64,000 nucleotides of DNA from positions 180,978,001 through 181,042,000 of the forward strand of contig OZ024740.1 of the NCBI GenBank assembly GCA_964016885.1, written 5' to 3'. A program made the position numbers and the translations under genes. The DNA is from Eledone cirrhosa (Eukaryota). This document shows, piece after piece, positions 52,901-64,000 of this stretch; position 1 is the stretch's first letter; each line of letters opens with the position of its first letter. The notes beneath the pieces were generated by a model. That model saw only the letters and a program-made list of their open reading frames with translations, did no database searches and was not told the DNA's origin.

Positions 52901-55078
52901 GCCAACAGAACGGGATAATTCCCACCACAGTGAGCCGAGGAGCGGTGGCGCTGCTGAGAAAGGACCCGAACAAGGGGGATAACATAGATAATTTCCGGCC
53001 CATAACTCTGCTAAACACAGAGTTCAAGATATTGGCCAAGGTGCTACCAAATATGTTGGCGCTTGTCGTTAGTGGTATGGTGGGAGAAGCGCAGACATGC
53101 GACATTCCCGACAGATCCATCCACGACAACCTCCATGCGATACATCGTAGAGAGGGTAGTTAGGGAACCTGGCACGGGCGGGTCCTTGATCAATTTGGAT
53201 CAGTGGAAAGCTTTCGATAGGGTCGACCATCGTTACCTAGCAGCAGTCCTGAGGGAGGCTGGCTTTGGGCCCGTCTTCAGAGGCTGGATCGCTGCCATGC
53301 ACTGAGACATCTGCTCTGTGGTGAAAGTGAACAGTCACCTTTCGGAACCGTTCAACATCATGCGCTCTGTCCGCCAAGGATGTCCCCTTTCGTCCCTCTT
53401 GTACGTATTGACTCTCGAGCCATTACTGCACAAACTGGAGACGTTGAGGGGCGTTCCGCGCGAACTAGGATGCGGAAGATCCGTGTCAGCATATGCGGAC
53501 GTTGTCACCGTAATGCTGTCGAACGCCAAACACATCGAGGCGATCAGCACTACACTTAGAGAATACGAAGCGGTGACAAGAGCAATGATCAACCAGGAAA
53601 CGTCAGTGGGCCTGCAGCTCGGCACCTGGAGAGGCAGGTCCATGCCGTCCAACAGCGTCGTTGGGCGCTGGACGGACGGACCGGTTAAATTGCTAGGGGT
53701 CTAGTTCGGTGCGGACCTCCAGACGGACAGAAACTGGGACGAGGTGACGAGCAGGGTGGCTTCTCTCCCCTGAAAGGTTGAGCGGAGGTGGCTAACGCGT
53801 ACATCGCGTCTGTCATCTACTACCCCTGACCGTTGTACCTTGTCCTAAGCCCGGCCTGACTGCGCTGGAGCGTTTGCTCTTTCGCTTCTCGTGGAAGGGA
53901 CGCGCTCCGATGGTCAGGCCGTCCATCTGTTTTCAACACCCGCTACGTGGAGGGCTGGATATGCCGTGGCTGATGATGCGCAGACACGCGCTCGGGCTAC
54001 GACATCTCCACCTTTTCCTCGACTGTGATCAGGTGTGGTCGCCGTTTGCTAGACGAGTCTTTCCCTAGCTCGTTTCCTTGAAGGAGCTGCAGGCCTGTGT
54101 TAAGCGAAGACCGAGAGGGAGCGCTTGGAAACTGGAATGTCTTCAGGCGCTCACAGCCCTCGACCTATCGGGCAATGTGATCGGTGGAAACTCCAACTCG
54201 GCGTTCTATAGAGGATTAGTGTAGGGGAAGAGCGACGGCGTACTTGGGGAAACTCTAGGCCTCGACGAAATTCAACTAGACAATCTCTTCGGAAGAACTT
54301 TCAAGCCGGGGCCTATGGACAACTTCCAGAAATCCCTGGCCTGGCAGTGCTACCGAGGAGACTTGCCAGTTGGGGATAAACTCTACAGGCATGGATGTGC
54401 CGTCAGCCGGGCATGTCCAAGATGCGCACAGGGCGACGAAACCGTCCTGAACGCACTCGTCCAGTGTCCGAGAATTTCTGACTTGTGGGTTTATGTCGAA
54501 CACCTGCTGTCGCGTGTAGGATGAATCCGGCTATCAGCTGAGTCCATCGTGAGGATTTCCCCGCCCTCTTCCTTTAGCCGGGAAGGGCAGGCAGTTTTTA
54601 TCTGTCTGGTGGCCATGGAGAAAGAAATAGTATGGTGGACACGTTTGAAAGGGCTGAAGACGAGCACTTACCTCTTCGGTGATGTCCTCATTGACTTTTT
54701 TCAAATTTCATTTGAAAAGGAAAATCATGGTAGAGAAGAATGTGCTCTCTTCCTAGCATTTTGTTGAAAGATGGGTGAGAGAAGCAAGAATGGCCCGAGT
54801 GAATGGGCCTACTCTGAGTATGTGTCTGTAAATTAAAGGTGGAAAACTGGGAGAGGGTACTTGCCCTGGTGGTCAGAGTCACTGTGGTCTTTTAATGGGC
54901 TTTCCCCACAAATGTCCCTCCGAAGTCACCCCCTATTGGGGAATTTTTCATTGCTATTTTATTACATCCTCTGTTTTTATGATTTTTACACGCAGAAAAG
55001 CCCATTTGTACCGTCCTGTATTGTCCTGTACTGTCCTTAATGTCTACTTTATGTAAACACTTGTGGTTAATAAAGAAA

Positions 55079-55134
<56 letters not shown>
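49992..55134 (+). mobile_element. L1/Tx1-type LINE copy A (5'-truncated, many stops and frameshifts), (TTA)n tail
   Basis: ORF1 CCHC knuckle (CGVCGEGTHLRAFC); ORF2 from 51455 with APE (INARG, SET, GDWN, SYLDR), RT (KSPGLD, FRPITLLN, VRQGCPLS, YADV) and CPRC..ET motif; AATAAA then (TTA)n at 55081-55134. Confidence 0.93.
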
Positions 55135-55342
55135 GGCGACCTACGTAGTAAATCGTATCATCGTGAGCCCTGCAAAGGTTTGTTATTTCCGTTTGTTAAA
55201 AATTGCCATTTATGGAAAATGTTTATTGTTAACTATATATAAGCGCACATACATTGTTTTCCGAAAAGGACACCCAAAAAGATTGGGGCCTTGTGCCCAA
55301 AATTTAAACTTTTATTATTATCAAAAAATTTCTTTGAAAAAA

Positions 55343-57452
55343 ATGGCTAATTCACCTCTGCACCAAGCAGCTGAAAGGCTTCCTCACAAATTAACACCTC
55401 ACACCGACACCACCATTGTAAATGTTACTACGTTTGCCAACACTACAAAAAATATAAGCAGTAGCAATATTTTAAATGTGTCTCAGGCAGACATTCATTT
55501 CCCGCCATTACCAATGACTGCAGGTGTTAAAGCCTCCACCACCACCACCGCGACAACCACCACCCCCACCACCACCGCGACAACAGAAACAAAAGAAGAA
55601 AAAAATAAATTAACTCGTGACGTCGAAATGAAATCAAGCAAAATGGACTCTTCCCCACCAAAGACGACTGACGTCACCACCACCACAACTGAAACTAAAA
55701 TTAATATTAACACAAATAACGATAGCAACAACAACAACAATGACATTATAAAAATCACCCTCAGTTTTGCCAGAGTAGCAAAACAGTTCGAAGCATTTAC
55801 GGTAACTCAGGAGGATTTAGAAAATGCCAAACAAATGGTAAAGAAAGATGGGTACAGGGTCAGCCTCCCCCCCCCCCACCTAATAAAATGGAGCATCGGC
55901 GCCTATGCACCGTGTCGTATCGAACAATAAATGTAAAATCGGGCCGAGTGGAACGGGCAGCCGAGTCCCAAATCCAAAAAGCTTTGGGTCATGTGTGGGC
56001 AAGAAAAACCCACATCAAACGTGGGCAGAAGTATGGAACCGTGGACGTGTTCTTTGAAACACCAGAGGAGGCAAGAGAACACTCCATGGCCCCATTAAGA
56101 AGTGACGACTTCACACTCGTCCCAAGCTCTTGTGGCCAGAGACTCGTAAAGATCAGGGTGACCCACGTTCCACCGGCCATCGAAATTCCCTGGCTAATAT
56201 CTGCCGTCCTCGCCGGCATCGAAGCCAACACAAAAATAATAGCAATAGCAAAAGAAAAGCAGGAGAACTGGTCCGGATCTGGGATGGAGCTCCTGATCCA
56301 AGCGGACCAAAAAAGCATTGAGGAGATACCACAGGTAATAGACCTCACTGACGGCAGCCACCTCACGGTAATTGTCGAGGGCAGAAGACCTAGGTGTGTC
56401 GTGTGTGGTGAAGGAACCCACCTAAGGGCTTTCTGCCCGCAGGCTAAAAGGTTGAGGCCACCTCTCCTACCCACCCCAGTGACACAATCATCAACACCAC
56501 CAGTAGCAGAGATGGCAGCAACAACAGAAGCAACTATAACAGCAACAACCCCAGCAACAGCAGCAAAACCAACACCACCACCACCACCAGCAAAACCAAC
56601 ACCACCACCACCCAACGCTTCAGAACTAGCACCAGCGCCTACACCATCCACCACGCCACAACCAAAACTAACGCCTGTGGAGGATTTTCCACTCCCCGGC
56701 CTATCACAACTGGAGACAGATTGTGGCGACGAGGAGTGGGAAACGATATCCGGTAAAAAAAAGAAACCAAAAAAGAACAAATTTTCTTCCTTCCCCCTCC
56801 AAAAACAAAATACAGAGGGAAACAAATAAACTAAGAAACAAAAAAGTTAGGACAGATATGCCACCATCCACACCAGCATCACCAACCCCATCAACCCAAA
56901 CACCAACACCATCACCATCATTAACCCCAACACCACCATCACCTACACCACAAAAGTCACCAAAATGCGAAACAGAAACAAACCCACAACAAACGCAAAC
57001 AAAACAAAACAATAAAAACGATACACACTACACAGCATTAAATTTGAACTACAAAGGCAAAGTCAAATCCCGCCGAGGTTGACTTTGCCTTTCATCCTTA
57101 CGGGGTCGATAAAATAAAGTACCAGTAATGAACTGGGTAATTGCTGGCCTTGTGCCTGAAGTAGTAACAATTAAATTTGAACAACAAGCAATTATTACAC
57201 TACATCCAACACAACACCAGCATCACAGAAAAAGACTACACAACAACCCCAAAATTCACACCACCTCCACACATACAAATCACTCGCATCACACAGAAAA
57301 CGTACATGACACTAAAACAAAAATTCCCCAAAGACATCGGAGACTTCCGACAAGCACTCTCCAGGAGGATTTATAAGGACATCCTTCCGGAGGAGGCCAC
57401 AAGCAGTGAAAAGGATGGAAAAACCGTCCTTCCCCTACGAGAAGTAAGGTAA
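55343..57452 (+). pseudogene. LINE ORF1 (RRM-like region, CX2CX4HX4C zinc knuckle, Pro/Thr-rich region), frameshifted
   Basis: ATG 55343 MANSPLHQ; frameshift at poly-C near 55870; CVVCGEGTHLRAFC in ORF 55888-56829; ends ..PLREVR* at 57452. Confidence 0.85.
57050..57169 (+). mobile_element. 5'-truncated SINE family 1 inserted in LINE ORF1 with a 13-bp target-site duplication
   Basis: ATTAAATTTGAAC at 57037-57049 and 57170-57182; empty site present in copy A near 51140. Confidence 0.92.
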
Positions 57453-57486
57453 GTGGTCTTTCCCATCTTTTCTACTCCTTTTCAAC

Positions 57487-60281
57487 ATGACCTCACTCAG
57501 AATAGGCAGCATAAATGCGCGTGGCTTGGGGTCATGGAAGTAGGGCCACCTGCTCAACGACCTCAGGTCACTAAACGTAGATGTAGTGGCCATCAGCGAG
57601 ACCAGAATCTCCGAAGCACAGGCTTTCGCACAGATCTTCGGCGGCTACGATGTGTACGCATCTCCCAGCCGTCCGGGATCGGGGGTAGGAATTTCTGTGC
57701 TTTTTCGGAGAGGTTTGGATCTTGCCATACGGGCCATCTTCCTGGACCCAGAAGGTAAGTTGGTGGTGCTGGACGTGACCAGCGGAGACGGGCAAGCTTT
57801 CAGGTTAGTGGCCGTCTATGCCCCGACAGGAGCAGGGCGGCCTGATTTCTTCCGGCGTCTGGAGACCTTTCTTGGAACGTCCCGCTCTTTAGTGTTAGTG
57901 GGCGACTGGAACGGGATCTTAGATGCACGCTGGGACTGTGTGGGATTAGTGGATAGGGAAGGAGGGTGTAAGAGTCTCACCAACCTGCTCAGATGTTTTG
58001 AACTGTCTGACAGGTACCGAATGGATTTCCCGAATGTACCAATGTGGACTTGGACAAATCGCATAGGGTCATCCAGATCATATCTAGATAGAGTATTTTG
58101 TAGGGAAATAGATAGGTCTAGCATAGGCTCTCCACAATTCAAGATAGTCAGCTACACGGACCACAAATTCGTGATCTGTGTGCTTGACTTAGATAGGCTT
58201 CATAGACGAGGACCCGGCTACTGGAAGCTAAACGCGTCCTTACCAGCGCCTAAGGCCTACAGAGACCGGATTAGCGAGCTAGTTAAGCGGGCGTTGACGG
58301 GGGCCATCGTCAACAACAAGTGGTGGTTTGCTCTGAAAAGAGCAATTAGAATAGAGTCCATTAGGTTTAGTAAGACTTTAGCAATAGAGAAAAATAGAGC
58401 AGAGGGAGAATTAGATAGAAAATTAGATGAGGCGCTTAGCAAAGGCATCGCGACCGACGTACTTGCGGCTAAATTGGCCCTTGTCATTGGTGGTCTGGTG
58501 GGAGAGGCACAGACATGCGCCATTCCCGACAGATCCATCCATGACAACCTCCACCTCATGCGATACATCGTAGAGAGGGTAGCTAGGGAACCTGGCACGG
58601 GTGGGTCTTTGATCAATTTACATCAGTCGAAAGCCTTCGATAGGGTCGACCATCGTTACCTAGCGGCAGTCCTGAGGGCGGCTGGCTTTGGGCCCGTCTT
58701 CAGAGGCTGGATCGCTGCCATGCACAGCGACATCTGCTCTGTAGTGAGAGTGAACGGTCACCTTTCGGAAACGTTCAACATCATGCGCTCGGTCCGCCAA
58801 GGATGTCCCCTCTCGTCCCTATTATACGTATTGACTCTCGAGCCATTACTGCACAAACTGGAGACGTTGAGGGGGGTCCCGCGCGAACTAGGATGCGGAA
58901 GATCCGTGTCAGCATATGCGGACGATGTCACCGTAGTTGTGTCGAACGCCAAACACATCGAGGCGATCGGCACTACACCAAGAGAATACGAAGCGGTGAC
59001 AGGAGCAGTGATCAACCAGGAAAAGTCAGTGGGCCTGCAGCTCGGTACCTGGACAGGCAGGTCCATGCCGTCCAACAGCGTCGTCGGGTGCTTGACGGAC
59101 GGACCGGTTAAATTGCTAGGGGTCTGGTTCGGTCCAGACCTCCAGACGGACAAAAACTGGGACGAGGTGACGAGCAGGGTGGCTTCTCTCACCCAGAAAT
59201 GGGCCGAGAGGAAGCTATCCCTGAAAGGTCGAGCGGAGGTGGCTAACGCGTATATCGCGTCCGTCATCTACTACCGCCTGACCGTCGTACCTTGTCCTAA
59301 GCCCCGTCTGACTGCGCTGGAGCGTTTGCTCTTTCGCTTCTTGAGGAAGGGACGCGCTCCGATGGTCAGGCGGTCCATCTGTTGTCAACACCCGCTACGT
59401 GGAGGGCTGGGCATGCCGTGGCTGATGATGCGCAGACACGCGCTCAGGCTACGACATCTCCACCTCTTCCTCGACGGTGATCAGGTGTGGTCGCCGTTTG
59501 CTAGTCACGTTTTTCCCCAACTCGTCTCCTTGACGGAACTGCAGTCCTGGGTCAAGCGAAGACCGAGAGGGAGCGCTTGGAGACTGGAATGTCTTCAGGC
59601 GCTCACAGCCCTCGACTAATCGGGCAATGTGATCGGTGGAAACTCCACCTTGGCGTTCTATAGGGGATTAGTGGAGGGGAAGAGCGACGACGAACTTGGA
59701 GAAACTCTAGGCGTCGACGAAAATCAACTAGCCAATCTCTTCGGAAGGACTTTCGGGCCGGGGCCTATGGACAACTTCCAGAAATCCCTGGCCTGGCAGT
59801 GCTACCGGGGTGCTTTGCCAGTTCGCGGTAAACTTTACAGGCATGGAGGTGCCGTCAGCCGGGCATGTCCGAGATGCGCACAGGGCGACGAAACCGTCCT
59901 GCACGCACTCGTCCAGTGTCCGAGCATTGCTGACTTGTGGGTTTATGTCGAACACCTGCTGTCACGTGTAGGACGGATCCAGCTATCAGCTGAGTCCATC
60001 GTGAGGATTGCCCCGCCCTCTTCCTTTAGCCGGGAAGGGCAGGCAGTTTTTATCTGTCTGGTGGCCAGGCGAAAGAGATACTATGGTGGACACGTTTGAA
60101 AGGGCTGAAGACGAGCACTTACCTCTTTGGTGATGCCCTGATCAACTTTTTCAAATTTCATCTGAAAAGGAAAATCAGGGTAGAGAGGGAAGTGCTCTCT
60201 TCCCAGCATTTTGTTGAAAGATGGGTGAGAGAAGCAAGTATGGCCCGAATGAATGGGCCTTCTCTGAGTATGTGTCTGTAA
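57487..60281 (+). pseudogene. LINE ORF2 (APE endonuclease, RT, CCHC), disrupted
   Basis: ATG 57487, stop at 57541; open 57586-59619 with GDWN, SYTDH, GYWKLN, KAFDRVDH, QGCPLS, YADD; stop at 59617; CPRC..ETVLHALVQC; frameshift near 60070. Confidence 0.92.
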
Positions 60282-60532
60282 ATTAAAGGTGGAAAACTGG
60301 GAGAGGGCACTTGCCCTGGCGGCCAGGGCCACTGTGGCCTTTTAATGGGCTTTCTCCACAAATGTCCCTCGGAAGTCCCCCCCCCCCCCCTATTGGGGAA
60401 TTATTCTTTGTTATTTTATTTCATCCTCTGTTTTTTTTTACACGCAGAAATGCCCATTTGTACCGTCCCGTATTGTCCTGTACTGTCCTTAATGTCTACT
60501 TTATGTAAACCCTTGTGGTTAATAAAGAAAAC

Positions 60533-60576
<44 letters not shown>

Positions 60577-62693
60577 ATTCATTTATGTAAATGTTTTCGA
60601 TATATCAGTTCACAGTTTGAATATTTCAGTAGCTTGCATGAGAGACAATATGAGTGAATCTTCGAAGAAAGTTCATAGAATTAATCTAAGTTTGAGGTGT
60701 TTAACCATATCAAAGATTAATAATATAACTATATTAGTTGTTGGGAATGATGCTGTCATCGCATGTAAAGTCATGCTTGACAACTATAAAAATTGTTAGT
60801 ATAATGCGATGTTATCTAATTTTCATATGATAATGGTGGTTACCGTGTGTGAAACGGAAATAAAATGAAGGTAATTTGACAGGTAACCATAAACCCTCTA
60901 GATACAATACAACGGAAAGAATATATTAATTGGATAAAGGGGAAAAAATGAACAATAACCGAACTAAACATCGAAGCTGAAACCAAACCAAACACTTTAA
61001 ATATTTTGACAGAAAATAAATAAACGAATGACAAGAGCGCACCTATGACTTTGTTTGTCAGAATCAGTCATACACATGAACTTGCTGATCTTGTAAGACT
61101 TTCAAAAGTCTAAGAACTAAAATCTATAGATCTTGTTAAACAGCCTTTTCAATTAAACAAGTTGTTATATAGAATATCTTTATTTTTTTAATGATTGGTA
61201 ACAGTAAATAAAAAAGATATTTATGTCATTTTCTTTTTTTTTTCTTTTTTTTAATTTTTGTTGGGAAAGAAAAATATAAGATTGAAAATCTGAAATACAA
61301 TAAAAGCCAATAATACCTATTCTAAATATATTACGATTTCATATTATTCATATGTGGAAGTGACATTGACAAAAATAAGTATAGGAAACACAGTGACACA
61401 CACACGCACGTTGGTAGATTTTGTCTTTATCGTAAAAATCTTTGGTTTCGGAGACTTTCAAAATATACATCTAATGTGAGATATTTCAGCAAGGAAATAT
61501 TTTAATTCAGTACGTGTAATCCTTTTCTTCAATCATTACTAGATGTTGTATGTTGTATATGAGAAAATATTTTCCACTTGGCTAGATGCTTATCTTTTGT
61601 TATTGTCAAGAGATATTTATATTCCTCTCACAAGGACATTATTTAAACAAATATAGTTTTATGCATGGTTTCTCTATTGTCCGTTTAACGAAAATAAAAA
61701 TATAAAATAGGGTTATGAAACTCTTAGGAAAATTGAACAGTAGGTATTCAGAGAAGAAACCCCACGCAAGCAAGTGTAAATACTAAACATCTAAAATGTG
61801 GTTCAAATTGTCTCACAATCAAGTTTAAAGTTTAAAATGAAAACAAAAATTGAATTAAGAGTTCAAGAGATAATTATTTCTATATAACTGATTGTATTCA
61901 GTATATATAGAAATAAATGAAGAAGAAAGAAATAATTCAGAATGTCTGTCGTTAGAGCGTTTTCTTATTCGGACAATGTTGCAAATAATTGGTCTTAATT
62001 TGAGTATCAAAAATGTGGTTAAAGGAGTTTTACCCATAGCAGCCTTAAAATTATGATTAGAAAGCAAAATAAGTGATTACAAAGCAAAACATTCCCTCTG
62101 GCTGATACTTACATATACAAAATTACACAAAGTGAAATATATTCAATAGGACTGGTTGAGGGAAATGTTGGGACAAAATAGACACTTCATGGCTGAATAT
62201 ATTTGGCCTTTAAATTGGACATCGATGAATGCAAATCTTAGGCTAGTGTTACCTACTTAGTGAAACATTTGTTTTGTAACACTAAGACCATTGTGTAGCA
62301 CGGATGCTTATTAATAACGCCTAAGAAAATTACAACAGATGAACATCATATATAATAAATAGAACATACGTGGATAGTCACAAAAATCATAGATCATCTG
62401 AGATTATTCAAGCCATTAACAAAATAAGGCTTTCCAAGTGGTACGTAAAATTGAAACTAATCAAGAGAGATAAAACCGAAAGCATGACATGTGTTTATTT
62501 AAATGCATGATTACTTACGCTACTAATTTTATGTGATAGTATATGTTCCTTATTTAAATCTATAGAAATACAATCTTGAAATGAATGCGAATAGATTTAA
62601 CTATATCAGATGATTGATGCAGAATAAAGGTAGTATTCAACTGTAAATGGGAATTACAGAAAATTTCAGAGACGTGTGACAAAAGATTGTTAA

Positions 62694-62744
<51 letters not shown>

Positions 62745-62748
<4 letters not shown>

Positions 62749-63700
62749 AAATTAAATTAAGGTTGTCATGTCTGAGAGACATGCGCCATATTCACTGCAG
62801 AATAAGCTCAAAGATTCCAATGAATAGATCTGAGCATTTTATATCAACTAGAAGTAGATTGACACATATATATATAAAATAAACACATGAAACAATCTCA
62901 GGGAATAATTTGTAAAGTGTGTAAGCACACATAGCTAGGTAAGTAATTAATTAAAGTTTAACTAGAACTTCAAATTTAGATATCTTTTAAAATGATTAAT
63001 CTCCTTTGTATATATTTCTTTAAATAAAAAAATATATTTCACCAATTAACCAGTAAATCACAGCGGTCAAATCTTGGATGGTCACCAACTGAGAAGATCC
63101 AACCATCTGCGTTTACACATCAAATGCAAATCTGTGAATGACTCGAACCACATGCTGCATTTTATAAAAAAATACAAACATCGTACCGCGTCATCCCAGT
63201 GGCGTGAATAGGATCGACAGCTAGAAATAGCAGCGGAGTCCATTCAACTGAATTAGCTTTACAATCAAGGGGCCGTATATATATCCAAAATTAAATTAAG
63301 GTTATCATGTCTGAGAGACATGCCCCATTTAGAATAAGCTCAAAGATTCCAATCAATAGATCTGAGCATTTTATATCAACTAGAAGTAGATTGACATATA
63401 TATATATATATAAAATAAACACATGAAACAATCTCAGGGAATAATTTGTAAAGTGTGTACACACTTGTAGTTGATATAAAACGCTCAGATCTATTCATTG
63501 GAATCTTTGAGCTTATTCTGCAGTGAAAATGGCGCATGTCTTTCAGACATGATAACCTTAATATAATTTTGGATATATATACGGCCCCTTGATTGTAGAG
63601 CTAAATCAGTTGAATGGACTCGGCTGCTATTTCTAGCTGTCGATAATCCTATTCACGCCACTAGGATGACGCGGTACGATGTCTGTATTTTTTATAAAAT
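62745..63700. repeat. Second copy of the 29286-30400 family: ~540-bp unit plus partial tandem repeat and inverted arm
   Basis: AAAATTAAATTAAGGTT..CATGTCTGAGAGACATG at about 62748 and 63287; 63467-63700 is the reverse complement of about 63165-63385; flanked by (TA)n. Confidence 0.88.
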
Positions 63701-64000
63701 ATATATATATATATATATAGTTTTGCGAGGTTTTTGATATGAAATCGTGTGTTATACTTGGGGAGGGTCATATTGTTGTAATAATATTGCCAGAATTATT
63801 AACAGAACACACTCACTGTTTGGTTGGTTGGTTGATTGGTTGGTTTTTGCTTCTGTATCTTTTATATCAGTTAATTTATTCGGTCCTCAATGACTGACCA
63901 ACGGTCAAGAATACAGATATAATATAGACACAAACACATATATATAGTCTAACAAAGTTCTTTCCTTGCACATCTGCAACATCGTCAGTGGTGCTATTAT

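Larger units (their letters stand above)
55135..60575 (+). mobile_element. L1/Tx1-type LINE copy B (5' end retained, internal ORF2 deletion, SINE insertion), (TTA)n tail
   Basis: Starts directly after the (TTA)n of copy A; collinear with copy A; AATAAA then (TTA)n at 60534-60575. Confidence 0.94.

Noticed and set aside
55040-55342. Poly-Leu signal-peptide-like extension of ORF1
   Set aside because: Read-through of the (TTA)n tail of the upstream copy and the 5' UTR; the likely start is ATG 55343
55989-59267. Minus-strand ORFs up to 278 aa
   Set aside because: Antisense shadows of LINE ORF1 and ORF2

Overview
This window is AT-rich, microsatellite-laden eukaryotic intergenic DNA built almost entirely from decayed transposable elements. 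The SINE types, (TA)n/(TAA)n density and TE mix suggest an octopus-like cephalopod, which is an inference. No intact host gene could be supported. Contents: (1) many Penelope-like element (PLE) fragments with GIY-YIG domains (Naiad-type CxC-x5-CPL linker and Neptune-type), including one near-full-length copy (3745-10389, minus) interrupted by a CRE-like RLE retrotransposon with an N-terminal PHD finger and preceded by a 1.36-kb inverted arm; (2) about 20 type I hammerhead ribozyme motifs read by eye, several with a compensatory U3-A8 core; (3) two non-coding tandem arrays of hammerhead-bearing units (about 420 bp and 545 bp) resembling retrozymes or non-autonomous PLEs; (4) repeated head-to-head inverted arrangements ending in (TA)n tracts; (5) an internally deleted mariner; (6) two decayed R4/Dong-type RLE LINEs; (7) two head-to-tail L1/Tx1 LINEs with (TTA)n tails, whose inter-ORF spacer looks like a 52-nt GT-AG intron that would fuse ORF1 to ORF2 in frame; (8) two tRNA-derived SINE families. 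All structures were read manually and element boundaries are approximate.
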